Assembly: GCA_965261395.1 (NCBI GenBank)
Contig: OZ253462.1
Location: 5,728,001 to 5,792,000, forward strand
Source: Candidatus Latescibacterota bacterium
GTDB lineage: Bacteria > Latescibacterota > UBA2968 > UBA8231
Length of the DNA: 64,000 nt
Direction of reading: 5' to 3'
The notes beneath the pieces were generated by a model, which worked only from the letters and a program-made list of their open reading frames with translations, was not told where the DNA came from and searched no databases. Below are positions 1-9,669 of the stretch, piece after piece. Each line of letters opens with the position of its first letter. Within the stretch, counting starts at the first letter, position 1. A program made the translations under genes and the position numbers.

Positions 1-321
1 GTACTCCAGAGCGGTCATGCCCGGCAATAGGTATTCCATCAATCCCATGGTCGGAATGGCACAGGCGGTCGCCATCATGGCGTAAATCACTGCCAGTTCG
101 CCCCGCTGGAAGGCCATGGCGGGGGCGCAACGGTGGAGAACCGCGTTGATACAGACAAGTAGGAAGAGCAGAAACAGAGCCGCGGCCGTACCAAAATCGA
201 GGGCCATCAGCGAGCCCTGTAGGTACATATTGGTGTACGGTGTGGCGACGCTGATCAGCAGGCACAACAGGAGGCCTGCCGAGAATACCCGCAGGGTGAA
301 GGGCGATTTACTCCGTGCCAC
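1..321 (-). CDS. Polytopic membrane protein, DUF6785/DUF6784-like putative transporter (5' part; runs off the window start)
   Basis: Not in the ORF track. Manual translation from GTG at 321 (GGAGG RBS upstream): MARSKSPFTLRVFSAGLLLCLLISVATPYTNMYLQGSLMALDFGTAAALFLLFLLVCINAVLHRCAPAMAFQRGELAVIYAMM..., open to position 1, with hydrophobic helices. Confidence 0.7.
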   Translation of the reverse strand, partial: MARSKSPFTLRVFSAGLLLCLLISVATPYTNMYLQGSLMALDFGTAAALFLLFLLVCINAVLHRCAPAMAFQRGELAVIYAMMATACAIPTMGLMEYLLPGMTALEY

Positions 322-480
322 GTACAGGCCTCCGTCGCTAGAGGGCAGCCAGCTTCCTACAAAGCTCCGCCCCTCTACATTCGACCAAGGTGGGGCACGA
401 GGTGTTAAGTTACTCGGGGCGTCTGACCATAAAAGACGGCTGCCATACAATTCGTGGGTGGTAACCGAGCACCTTGCAGG

Positions 481-1461
481 CTACCCGAAGAACCCGTCGG
501 GATACGGGTCGGGATTGAGCAGTGGAGCCGTCCAGTCGCCGATTTCGTCCAGCCCCACCGGGGCACCGCCACTCTCCATGTGCGATTTGAAGCCGGCCAG
601 AAACATCTGCACCTTCTCGTATATGGCCTCGTAGGGTTCGGGCATTTTTCGGGTTTCAAACATCTCCTGCATCTCCAGCAGCAGAGGAACCCAGAAGTGG
701 ATGCCGCTATGCACGAATTGCTCGAAGGTGCGCTCCCCGAACACTCGGATCCAGCCCCAGGTCCCCGATATTTCCTGCAGCGATCCGTAAAAGGTCTTCC
801 CTTCTGCTCCTCTGGGTTCGTATTCAAAGGTGAGGTGCCCATTGGGGACATGCCAGTCGGGCGTCTGATAGGCCACGCTTTTAATGCCGCCGCCGATACA
901 TGCGTAGATCATGTACAGGCCATGAATGCCGTGGGTAGCGTAATCGGACATGGAATTGGCCGCGGCAAAGCCCCTGATTGGTTCCATGGCTGCCACTTCG
1001 CGTTTGATGTGCTCAATTTCCGGTGCTGAGCCGAAGGAAGAACCCGACATGATCGGGGTATCGTGCTTTTTGGACAAATCGATTATTTCCTGAGCGTCTT
1101 GGAGGTTGAGGGCAAAAGGGCGGTTGATGAAGATGGGGACGCCGGCCTCCAAATAGGGTCTGGCCAATTCTTTGAAATGCAGGGTCGAATCAAAATCGGA
1201 GAGGATGACGCCGTCTACCTTGCCGACCATATCCCAGTAGTTCTCCACTGCTTCGACTCCTTTGTATGTATCGCAGAAGTCCTTGACGCCTTCTTTATCT
1301 ACATCCCAAACGTGGGTCATGACCATACCGGTCATACGCGTCGTGCAGCCCATGAATTGGCGCTGGCAGGTGGGGTCAATGATCGGACCCCATATACCCG
1401 AGATGTGGACGTACCGGGCACAGGTTAGAACGCCCACTCTGACGAGAGATACATTCGACAT
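481..1461 (-). CDS. Gfo/Idh/MocA-family NAD(P)-dependent oxidoreductase
   Basis: Rossmann-like N-terminus (VRVGVLT, VWDVD), GVPIFINRPFA (variant EKP motif), YATHGIH; GAAGG RBS. Confidence 0.75.
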   Translation of the reverse strand: MSNVSLVRVGVLTCARYVHISGIWGPIIDPTCQRQFMGCTTRMTGMVMTHVWDVDKEGVKDFCDTYKGVEAVENYWDMVGKVDGVILSDFDSTLHFKELARPYLEAGVPIFINRPFALNLQDAQEIIDLSKKHDTPIMSGSSFGSAPEIEHIKREVAAMEPIRGFAAANSMSDYATHGIHGLYMIYACIGGGIKSVAYQTPDWHVPNGHLTFEYEPRGAEGKTFYGSLQEISGTWGWIRVFGERTFEQFVHSGIHFWVPLLLEMQEMFETRKMPEPYEAIYEKVQMFLAGFKSHMESGGAPVGLDEIGDWTAPLLNPDPYPDGFFG

Positions 1462-1711
1462 GGCCTTCCCTTTTTTTGTTGGGTGGGAGGTCTATTGCGG
1501 CAAAGTGCCGCCTCACCGCTGGACCTAAGTAGTATGGGATCCCTTTGTCCCTTTGAAAGTATGGACGCGGTATTGAGCCAACAAGATGAAATGTTGGGAT
1601 AGGTGGCCCGTCGACATAGAGACCGCAGTCGCTGCCGTTGCAAAATTGGTGCATCGGTGCGTTATTGCGTACATATTCCTGTAGGCAGATCAAACGAGTA
1701 AGGAGGTATCA

Positions 1712-2536
1712 ATGCCCGTTATCGACGCTCATGTTCACGTGCTTGCCAACTTTGCGCCTATGGCCCCTTGGGAAGACCTAGGGCGGGTAGATCGGCTTCT
1801 CCACCACATGGACGAATGCGATGTCGACAAAGCCGTCGTGCTGCCAGTGGTGGCGGATTACTCGCCAGGCAACAATCAGGAGTGCGCCCAGTGGGGGCGA
1901 GAGCACCCCGATCGGCTGGCCGTATTGACGGATGTGCCCATGCACCAGCAAGACGCTGCCGAGCGAGTCTTGCGGGCAGGTGAGGAATTCGGTGCTGTGG
2001 GCACCAGTTACTACCCGCCCAAGCTTGATGAGAGAATGCAGTGGCTGTTGGAAGAGGCTTGCGCCGCGCTTTGGCAGGCGTACAAAGACACCGGCTTAGT
2101 CTGTAATCTGCAAATTGGGCCGTCCAATTACGGGATCTTGCTGGAGTTGGCGCAGAGATATCCAGAGATCCGCTTTGTCGCCAATCACCTAGGCTTGCCC
2201 GCGCTGCCCGGCGGCCCCGATGCCGAAGACGAGACATTCGGTGGACTGCTGCAGGCATCGGCCTATCCCAATTTGTCGATCAAGGCGTCGGCCTTCTACG
2301 CCGCCGCGGCGACTCCCTGGGATTTCCGCTGCCCCCAGGCGCTGGGATTTTTTAGTCGCCTGCTCAAAGGCTTGGGCCCCGACCGCCTGCTGTGGGGATC
2401 GGACTGGCCGCCGGTCGGCCGCCATATCACCTACCGACAGAGTTTGGAAATAATCCGCACTTTCGCCGCGGAGCTGGACGAGGGTGATCGGGCCAAGGTG
2501 CTGGGGGAGAACGCCGCCCGGGTTTACGGGATTTGA
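1712..2536 (+). CDS. Amidohydrolase family 2 protein
   Basis: IDAHVH, NHLG, LLWGSDWP, GENAARVY motifs; AGGAGG RBS. Confidence 0.9.
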   Translation: MPVIDAHVHVLANFAPMAPWEDLGRVDRLLHHMDECDVDKAVVLPVVADYSPGNNQECAQWGREHPDRLAVLTDVPMHQQDAAERVLRAGEEFGAVGTSYYPPKLDERMQWLLEEACAALWQAYKDTGLVCNLQIGPSNYGILLELAQRYPEIRFVANHLGLPALPGGPDAEDETFGGLLQASAYPNLSIKASAFYAAAATPWDFRCPQALGFFSRLLKGLGPDRLLWGSDWPPVGRHITYRQSLEIIRTFAAELDEGDRAKVLGENAARVYGI

Positions 2537-2588
2537 GAGACGCCTGTGCAGACTCACGGGCTCGTCCGCAAGTTGCAAGAGACTTATC

Positions 2589-3320
2589 GTGCTGAATACC
2601 GACGCCGGGCGCTTTGCCGCCGAAGGCTATTGCTTTTTCCCCGATATTTTCGGGCCGGACGAAGTCTCCGCCATGCAGCATTCGCTGGACGTGGGCGTGC
2701 GTGCGGGTTTTCTCGACCGGAATCAATACTACGGCGAGCCGCACACCAAGGAAGTATTTTGGCTGGAGGTCTGCCGCCATCCGCGCCTGCTCGACGCAGT
2801 GGAAGCTGTCTTGGGTCCCAACCTGATCTTGGTCTATTCGAGCATGTTCATCAAGCTGCCGGGCGACAGAACCAGCGTGGGCTGGCACCAGGACAACAAC
2901 TACTGGCCCAGCGTCCATGGCACTGATGTGGCCACGGTGTGGCTGGCGCTCGACGACGCGGATGCTGAAAACGCCGCCATGAGCATCATACCCGGCTCAC
3001 ACCGGGGCTACCGGGAGATGGAAACCGTGCCTGCGGAAGAGACCGAGATGCTGAGAAAGAAGGTCCTGGTCACTCCCGAAATGGAAGCCCAGGCCGTGAT
3101 GATGGAGATGAAAGCCGGCAGTCTATCCATCCACGATTCCTACATTCTGCACGGCAGCCGGGTCAATGAGAGTGGCCGCCGTCGCGCTGGTTATACGATT
3201 CGCTACTGCAGCACAGACACGGCCTGGGTGGACATGGACCAACATCCGATTCCGGTGTTTCTGTTGCGCGGGGAAGGAGGGCCACGAGGAGAGCAGTACA
3301 CGGATTTGCGACCTGAATAA
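2589..3320 (+). CDS. Phytanoyl-CoA dioxygenase (PhyH) family Fe(II)/2OG dioxygenase
   Basis: WHQD, TVWLALDD, IPGSH, ILHGS, RRAG motifs; GTG at 2589 chosen to avoid overlap with the upstream gene. Confidence 0.9.
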   Translation: MLNTDAGRFAAEGYCFFPDIFGPDEVSAMQHSLDVGVRAGFLDRNQYYGEPHTKEVFWLEVCRHPRLLDAVEAVLGPNLILVYSSMFIKLPGDRTSVGWHQDNNYWPSVHGTDVATVWLALDDADAENAAMSIIPGSHRGYREMETVPAEETEMLRKKVLVTPEMEAQAVMMEMKAGSLSIHDSYILHGSRVNESGRRRAGYTIRYCSTDTAWVDMDQHPIPVFLLRGEGGPRGEQYTDLRPE

Positions 3321-3361
3321 TTCGCTTTGTACAAGGTGCTGACCACTAGGAGGAACCCAAA

Positions 3362-5185
3362 ATGACCCGCGTATCCATTGCAGCTAAGACCCGCGAAAAC
3401 CCGCCCCATTGGGCCGTGCGTCAACGCGACTTGATCGCCCTGATGGACCGCGCTGCCCTCCCCTTTGTCGAACACAGTACCCGTCCAGATGGTACCCTGA
3501 TCCAGCGCACGGAGTGGACCAGCATGGACGGCACCGACAATGGCTATGAGGCCTTCCTCTCCTTCCCGCTGTTTTACCTGCTGGGCGGCGGCGAGCACAT
3601 CCACCAGATCGCCTGCAAAGAGTGGGACGCCATCACTTGGCAGTACGCCAACTACGGCACGGTCGAGCGCGAGTTCGTCACTGGCTTTGACTGGTTCCAC
3701 CACTCCGAGAGCTATACCTACATCTACTATCTGGCCCTGTCCGATCCTGCGCATCACATCAACCGCACCCGCGCCCTGCGCTACGCCGCTATGTACACCG
3801 GTGCCGATCCGCTGGCACCCAACTGGGACGCCCAGCGCAAAATGGTCCGCTCGCCGCTCAACGGCAGCAAGGGTCCGCGCTTTGTCACCACCCAAGTCGA
3901 TTGGGATTACCACCGGCCCATCCTAGCTCATTACTTGGCACCCTTTGAGGATATTCCAGGTGCCGACAGCTCCGATCCGCTCTTCAAGGTCGATTGGACG
4001 GACGACGAAGTATTCGCCCGCGTGCTCGACTTGATCAATCGGCGCATGACCCGAGGCGATGTGCCCCTCAACTTGAACATCGCCAGCCTGATCACCAACG
4101 CCTACCTCTACACTGGCGAAGACCAATACAAAGCCTGGGTGCTCGATTATTTGCAGGCGTGGGAAGAGCGATGCAAGGCCAACGGCGGCATTATGCCCGA
4201 CAATATTGGACCCGAGGGAACCATTGGCGAGTTGATGGACGGCAAGTGGTGGGGTGGATACTACGGCTGGCGCTGGCCGCACGGCGCGCGCAATATCGTC
4301 GAGCCGGCCTTGGTAGCCGGCAGTTGCGCCCTGCTGATGACCGGCGATGATTCCCATTTGGACTTGGCCCGCTCGCAACTCGATATGCTCTGGGAGTTGC
4401 GGCGCGAGGAGGACGGCCTCGTCAAGGTGCCGACCCGCCACGGCGACCAAGGCTGGTTCGATTTTCGGTCGCCCGACCCCTATTTGTACATTCATTTATA
4501 TTACTTGAGCCAAAGCGAGCGGGATTTGGCCCGCCTCGACGAAGTCTTTCCCGACCGCGCCGCTTTTGCCGGTCTGCCCGCCGACTGGGGCGCTGCCAAA
4601 GCCGGCATCTGCCCGCCGACGGCTTGGTTCGCCTTCATCGAGGGCAAAAACCCAAGCTACGTCGAGCAGGTGATTGATTCGACCTACTCCAGTATCTGCC
4701 ACAGTCTGAATCGCCTCGAAAACGACGACAGCGACCCCGAGACGCGCGAGTGCTATCACTTCCAGAGGCTCAACCCCGTGCTGCCCGAAGCCTTGGTCCA
4801 GATGGCCTTGGGCACGCCAGCGGCGATCTACAACGGCGGGATGCTCCAGGCCCACGTGCGCTATTTCGATCCACAGCGCCGTCGTCCCGGTCTGCCCGAA
4901 TACGTCGCAGCCTTAGTCGATCGAGTCAGCGCCGACGGGGTCAGCCTGACGCTGGTGAATACGGACCCAGTGGAAGGCCACAACGTCCTGTTGCAGGCCG
5001 GTTCCTTTGGCGAGCACCAATTCACTCGCGCCCAGATCGAAAATGAAGACGGCCAAGATCAGTCCGTTGAGGTAGAGGACCCGTATCTCCAAGTGCATTT
5101 GGGCCCAGCGGCCCAGGCTCGCTTGCACCTTGGGCTGAAACGCTTTGCCCGCTCGCCATCCTACAGTGCCCCTCTTTTTGACTGA
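3362..5185 (+). CDS. Conserved hypothetical 607-aa protein, aromatic-rich, possibly an alpha/alpha-toroid enzyme
   Basis: Long ORF with host codon bias and AGGAGG RBS; GFDWFHHSE and KWWGGYYGWRWPHG motifs; no function recognised. Confidence 0.75.
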   Translation: MTRVSIAAKTRENPPHWAVRQRDLIALMDRAALPFVEHSTRPDGTLIQRTEWTSMDGTDNGYEAFLSFPLFYLLGGGEHIHQIACKEWDAITWQYANYGTVEREFVTGFDWFHHSESYTYIYYLALSDPAHHINRTRALRYAAMYTGADPLAPNWDAQRKMVRSPLNGSKGPRFVTTQVDWDYHRPILAHYLAPFEDIPGADSSDPLFKVDWTDDEVFARVLDLINRRMTRGDVPLNLNIASLITNAYLYTGEDQYKAWVLDYLQAWEERCKANGGIMPDNIGPEGTIGELMDGKWWGGYYGWRWPHGARNIVEPALVAGSCALLMTGDDSHLDLARSQLDMLWELRREEDGLVKVPTRHGDQGWFDFRSPDPYLYIHLYYLSQSERDLARLDEVFPDRAAFAGLPADWGAAKAGICPPTAWFAFIEGKNPSYVEQVIDSTYSSICHSLNRLENDDSDPETRECYHFQRLNPVLPEALVQMALGTPAAIYNGGMLQAHVRYFDPQRRRPGLPEYVAALVDRVSADGVSLTLVNTDPVEGHNVLLQAGSFGEHQFTRAQIENEDGQDQSVEVEDPYLQVHLGPAAQARLHLGLKRFARSPSYSAPLFD

Positions 5186-5317
5186 GCGCCTAGATACACG
5201 ACACCTGAGCGGCCTATCTGCCCTCGGCGAGGCCCATCGTAGGGCAGGCCCTCGCATTGGCAACGGCTACTCACGTGCAGAGCCGATGTCGGCGCTCAGG
5301 CTGGACACGGGGTCGCG

Positions 5318-5989
5318 CTAGGCAAATACGAGCGGCTGGTAAAAGTCGGGCTGGTGAAAGCTGGGGTTGGGCGTATCCACGGGTGCCCACGTGCCCCAGT
5401 GGGGGTGGGAGGTGCGATCGCCGCACTTGTAGAAGTTGCCCTTCCACTGAGTGCCGGGCGCTGGCGTTTGGGTACCGAAGTACTGGGCAAAGAGGGCAAA
5501 CGGGACGCGGTACTCGACCGCCCAAGTCGTGGGGGTGGTGCGCTCTGGCTCGACGATCCGGGGAAGCGTTGTGGCGATGCGGATGGTAGCACCATCGGCG
5601 TCGCTGACGTTTTCAGTTTCCCGGCCCTGGGCGCGCTCGGCGGCTGAAGGGCAGCGGTGCAAGAGCATGGTGCCGCCGCAGTTGACCTCGAAATTGAAGT
5701 AGGCTTGTGAGTCGGGCAGGGGCGCGACGAAGAATTCGACGCAGGAGTCGGTGCAGACCGAATCTTGGAAGCGCTCGGCCACCGCGCGGACGTAGCGATC
5801 CTCAACGCGGAAGATGACGGATAGTGAATGCTCGTCGTAGAGCACGCGCGCCTGAGTGCGCGGACGGTGGCCGGAATCTTCCCAGGGAAAGTGGGTAATC
5901 GCTAGGGTCTCGGCCGTCTGCCATTGAGGACGTTGCCAATCGGCGTCGGGAAGGTCGAGGTCGTCGGTGCGGTGGATGGTGTAGTGCAT
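5318..5989 (-). CDS. Carbohydrate-binding family 9-like (DOMON/CBM9_2) protein
   Basis: DSCVEFF, YFNFEVNCGG, GNFYKCGD, SFHQP motifs. Confidence 0.85.
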   Translation of the reverse strand: MHYTIHRTDDLDLPDADWQRPQWQTAETLAITHFPWEDSGHRPRTQARVLYDEHSLSVIFRVEDRYVRAVAERFQDSVCTDSCVEFFVAPLPDSQAYFNFEVNCGGTMLLHRCPSAAERAQGRETENVSDADGATIRIATTLPRIVEPERTTPTTWAVEYRVPFALFAQYFGTQTPAPGTQWKGNFYKCGDRTSHPHWGTWAPVDTPNPSFHQPDFYQPLVFA

Positions 5990-6116
5990 GGAGATATAAT
6001 AAGCAACGGCGAAGCCGCGTGAAAGCGGCCCCCATGCTGTTTGACGGGGAGCATTACCTCCAGTATTTTCCTATACAACTTGTGGAGCGACCAGCAATTG
6101 GCTGCTGGTCGCCTTT

Positions 6117-9100
6117 TTGCGAAAGGGATACACGTTGCGCCGAGCGACTTTTTCTGCCATTGCCGCGCTGCTCTTCGCCGGAGCGGCCCAAGCCCAGATA
6201 CAAACTATCGTCACGGATCACTTCCGGGTCCATTTCACGCTTGGGGCCGAGGGCACTGCGCGCCGAGTGGCCGAAACCTGCGAGGAGGTCTTCCCTACCT
6301 TAGCGGCGGCCTACGATTACTACGACGATTTTCGCACCATCCACGTCATCGTCCTCGACAACTCTGACCAGCTAGGCAACGGCTGGGCCAACTACTACAG
6401 CAATACCATGGCCATCTGGGCCACTAGTCTCGACTTTGAACTGCGCGGCAGTCACGATTGGATCAAAAACGTGGTCACGCACGAGTTGACCCACATCATG
6501 ACGCTCAACAAGGCGCGCAAGAAATGGCCCTTCCAGTTTGCGCTGCTCTCGGTCTCGCGCTTCGACTCCAATCCGGACATTACGTTTCAGTTCCCGCTGT
6601 ACCATCTCAATGCCCCGCGCGGTTGGACCGAGGGCATCGCCCAATACGGGGCGCACAAATTCGGCTACGACACTTGGGATTCGCACCGCGACATGTTGCT
6701 GCGGATGGCAGCGCTGGAAGACGATCTGCTTTCGTGGGAGGAAATGGGGACGGTCTGGGACCGCACGGGTAAGTTCTACGGCGAGTTCGTGTACAATCAG
6801 GGCTACGCGATGATGGTGTACATCCATCAGCAGTACGGTGCCGAAAAGGTAGATGAGCTGACGCATCAGATCGGCTCGATGAGCTTCGATCCGGCCATTC
6901 GCCGGGTGCTGGGCATTTCCGCCGACCAGTTCTACGCGGATTGGGTCGCCTTCTTGGCCGAGAACTACGGCCGCCTCGAATCCGAAATCCGGACGGGGGG
7001 TTTCTTTGAGGGCATGCCGTTGGACGAGGTCAACGAGGGGGTGCTCGAATATCATCCCGCGCTGTCGCCGGATGGCAAAAAACTGGCGTACCTCACCAGC
7101 GAAAAGCAGGACTTCGCGATCACGTCCCTCAAAATCTACGATTTCGAGACGCAAAAAAAGACCAAGCTCAAAGGCTGGATAGATACGCGGATTGGCTGGT
7201 CCCCCGACGGGGAGGAGATCGTCTTTGTCCGCAACAAGGGCGGCTTTAACGACCTCTATATCTACAACTTGGCCGCGGACAAGGAGCGCCGCATCAGCGC
7301 TAGGCTGCGCGCCAAAGACCCCTCGTTTTCCCCCGATGGCCAGCGCATCGCCTTTGTGCACAATGAGGACGGGACCAACAACCTCGGCCTCGTAAATCGC
7401 GACGGCACGGACTTGGTCTATCTGACGAACAACAACGACGCCACCCAATACATGGCACCGCGCTTCTCGCCCGACGGCGAGTGGCTGCTCTTCAGCCTGT
7501 TCCGCGGCGAGGATCGCGACATTGCGATGATTCGCGCCGATAGCCCGCCGCGACCCAAGGTCTTTGAGAAGGCCAAAAAGAAAAAGAAGAGCGACGAAGA
7601 CGAAGACGAGGAGGAGAAAACGGAAGAAACCATTGACGTCTTTCCCGATACCGTGGCCTTTGCCCATCCCGACTCGTCGGGGTTTCGCGCGGTGGTTGCC
7701 TCGCTGGCTGACGAGCGCGATCCGCACTGGTTGCCCGATGGCTCGGGTTTTGTGTTCTCGTCGGACCAGAGCGGCATTTTTAACATCTATCGCTATCGCT
7801 TGGAAAACCGCGAAGTCGAGCAGCTAACTAACGTCGTTGGCGGAGCTTTTGTGCCGACCGTAGCCGCCGATGAGAGCGTCGTGTACAGTGGCTACCACTC
7901 CAACGACTATAGTCTCTATCGCTTCGAGATGGGCGAATTCGAGCGCGATGCGCACTTCGAGCCGGTGGCTATGCGCGACTATCGCTCCATCTTCGACGGT
8001 CCAAAGCTCGCCGATCAGCACCTGATCGCGTCATATAGGGGGCGCAACGTCTTGCGCTACATCCCGATTCTACAGGTCGGCCCCACGTTTGTCGGGAATA
8101 CCTTTGGCCTTAATCAAGCTAGTGGTGGCTTGCAGTTTACCACTGGGGACATGTTCGGCGGTCAGGAACTGACGGCTTGGGGTATCGTCGGCAAGAACAT
8201 GCGCGACGCCACCGATCTCAATACGGATGTCGGCTTCTTCTACGAGCGCCGGCTCCGGCCACAGGTGGGCAACAACCGGACCTTCAATCCCTCGTTTTAC
8301 ATAGCGGGTCGGCGGCGCGAAATCGACAACCTGCTCAAGGACAGCCAGATCCGGGTCGATACGCTCGAGGTGGGCAATATCTATCCGGTCCCGGTTGATT
8401 CGGTCTCCAGCTTGCTCATCCCGGATGTCCAGCAATACATCTATCAGGGCACTAGTCGCCAAGATTTGTTCAAGACCGCCTTGGGGCAACTCGCTGTCGG
8501 CGTCGATATGCCGCTGACCCGGCGCACCGAGTTGAACGCCCTCTACCTATGGCGCAACTACGCCGAGGGCTGGACCTTGCGCCGCTTCCGCAGCCAGAAC
8601 CAGATCTATTTGGTGCAAGACGGCGTCGATGTGTCGGACTCCTTAGGCTTAGACCCGGCGATTTTGAGCCAAGATACCCTATTGGTTAACAGCGAGGATC
8701 CGCTGAAATTTTACGGCGACCTCAGCTTTTTTCGCACGCACATGTTGAGCATGGCTTGGCGCTACCGGAAGATCAACCCCACAGCCGACCGGTTGATCAG
8801 CCCATCGGGCCGCGCCATGGCCTTGGTCTATCGCTATCTGATGCCGACCGTGGCCGATTCGCTGACCGAGCAAATCCCCACTGACGGAGTCCCCCGCGAT
8901 CAGTTCGTAGGCGTCGAGCGCCGTCTGCGGATCAACGAATACGTGGCCGCGTACAACGAGCGGATCAGCTTGCCGTTCGATAATTCGCTCAACATTGAGC
9001 TAATTGGCGCGTACAAAAACATCCGGCTCAAGCCTCGCTTTATCGAGGAGGGTGGGTTCTTTGAGGGCCGCTTTTATTGGCCCCTGCGCTACTATATCGG

Positions 9101-9515
9101 CGGGCGAAACTTCCTCAGCGGCTATCCCTATTTCACCGACTCTGGCTCCAAACTGCTCTACGCCCGCGTCGGCTACGGGTTTCCGATCCTCAAGCGCATC
9201 AGCAGCCGCTTTATCAATTTCAACTTTTCCAAACTCTACGCTGAGCTATTCGCCGAAGCCGGGGTAGTGGGCAACTTCTCGCGCTTTGAGGACATTGACT
9301 TCTGGTCGGGCGAGCGATGGCGGTCTCGGCCTAACACCGACAAATTCCTGACCGACGTGGGCGGCGAGTTGCGGCTACAGCTTTTTACCTTCTATCGCAT
9401 CCCCATGTTCGCCTACGTCCAAGTGGCGCATCCGCTCAATCGAAAGCGGGTTTCCAGAGACGAGGACGACCCCCTAATCGACAAGTGGCGCTACTACTTT
9501 GGGTTCGGGCTATGA
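6117..9515 (+). CDS. Large secreted/outer-membrane protein: N-terminal HExxH metallopeptidase-like domain, PD40/TolB-like propeller, C-terminal Omp85-like beta-barrel
   Basis: Signal peptide (AQA-Q); VVTHELTH...WTEGIA; repeated SPDG motifs; barrel-like C-terminus ending YYFGFGL. Start may be TTG at 6117 or 6135. Confidence 0.8.
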   Translation: MRKGYTLRRATFSAIAALLFAGAAQAQIQTIVTDHFRVHFTLGAEGTARRVAETCEEVFPTLAAAYDYYDDFRTIHVIVLDNSDQLGNGWANYYSNTMAIWATSLDFELRGSHDWIKNVVTHELTHIMTLNKARKKWPFQFALLSVSRFDSNPDITFQFPLYHLNAPRGWTEGIAQYGAHKFGYDTWDSHRDMLLRMAALEDDLLSWEEMGTVWDRTGKFYGEFVYNQGYAMMVYIHQQYGAEKVDELTHQIGSMSFDPAIRRVLGISADQFYADWVAFLAENYGRLESEIRTGGFFEGMPLDEVNEGVLEYHPALSPDGKKLAYLTSEKQDFAITSLKIYDFETQKKTKLKGWIDTRIGWSPDGEEIVFVRNKGGFNDLYIYNLAADKERRISARLRAKDPSFSPDGQRIAFVHNEDGTNNLGLVNRDGTDLVYLTNNNDATQYMAPRFSPDGEWLLFSLFRGEDRDIAMIRADSPPRPKVFEKAKKKKKSDEDEDEEEKTEETIDVFPDTVAFAHPDSSGFRAVVASLADERDPHWLPDGSGFVFSSDQSGIFNIYRYRLENREVEQLTNVVGGAFVPTVAADESVVYSGYHSNDYSLYRFEMGEFERDAHFEPVAMRDYRSIFDGPKLADQHLIASYRGRNVLRYIPILQVGPTFVGNTFGLNQASGGLQFTTGDMFGGQELTAWGIVGKNMRDATDLNTDVGFFYERRLRPQVGNNRTFNPSFYIAGRRREIDNLLKDSQIRVDTLEVGNIYPVPVDSVSSLLIPDVQQYIYQGTSRQDLFKTALGQLAVGVDMPLTRRTELNALYLWRNYAEGWTLRRFRSQNQIYLVQDGVDVSDSLGLDPAILSQDTLLVNSEDPLKFYGDLSFFRTHMLSMAWRYRKINPTADRLISPSGRAMALVYRYLMPTVADSLTEQIPTDGVPRDQFVGVERRLRINEYVAAYNERISLPFDNSLNIELIGAYKNIRLKPRFIEEGGFFEGRFYWPLRYYIGGRNFLSGYPYFTDSGSKLLYARVGYGFPILKRISSRFINFNFSKLYAELFAEAGVVGNFSRFEDIDFWSGERWRSRPNTDKFLTDVGGELRLQLFTFYRIPMFAYVQVAHPLNRKRVSRDEDDPLIDKWRYYFGFGL

Positions 9516-9661
9516 AGCCTGGAGAGCGTTGGGTAGGCAAAGTCGATCTGCACAAGTTGGCCTTGCGGCTCAAGGTAGTGGAAATGATCGGCATATACTC
9601 CCACCGCCGTCGCCTCGACGAGGCCCATTTGCGCTGGTATCGCTTGATCCAGCCCAACTGA
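9512..9661 (+). CDS. Putative 49-aa small protein
   Basis: ATGA overlap with the upstream stop; MKPGERWVGKVDLHKLALRLKVVEMIGIYSHRRRLDEAHLRWYRLIQPN fills the gap to pgsA; shorter than any ORF in the track. Confidence 0.5.
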   Translation: MKPGERWVGKVDLHKLALRLKVVEMIGIYSHRRRLDEAHLRWYRLIQPN

Positions 9662-9669
9662 TCTACGTT

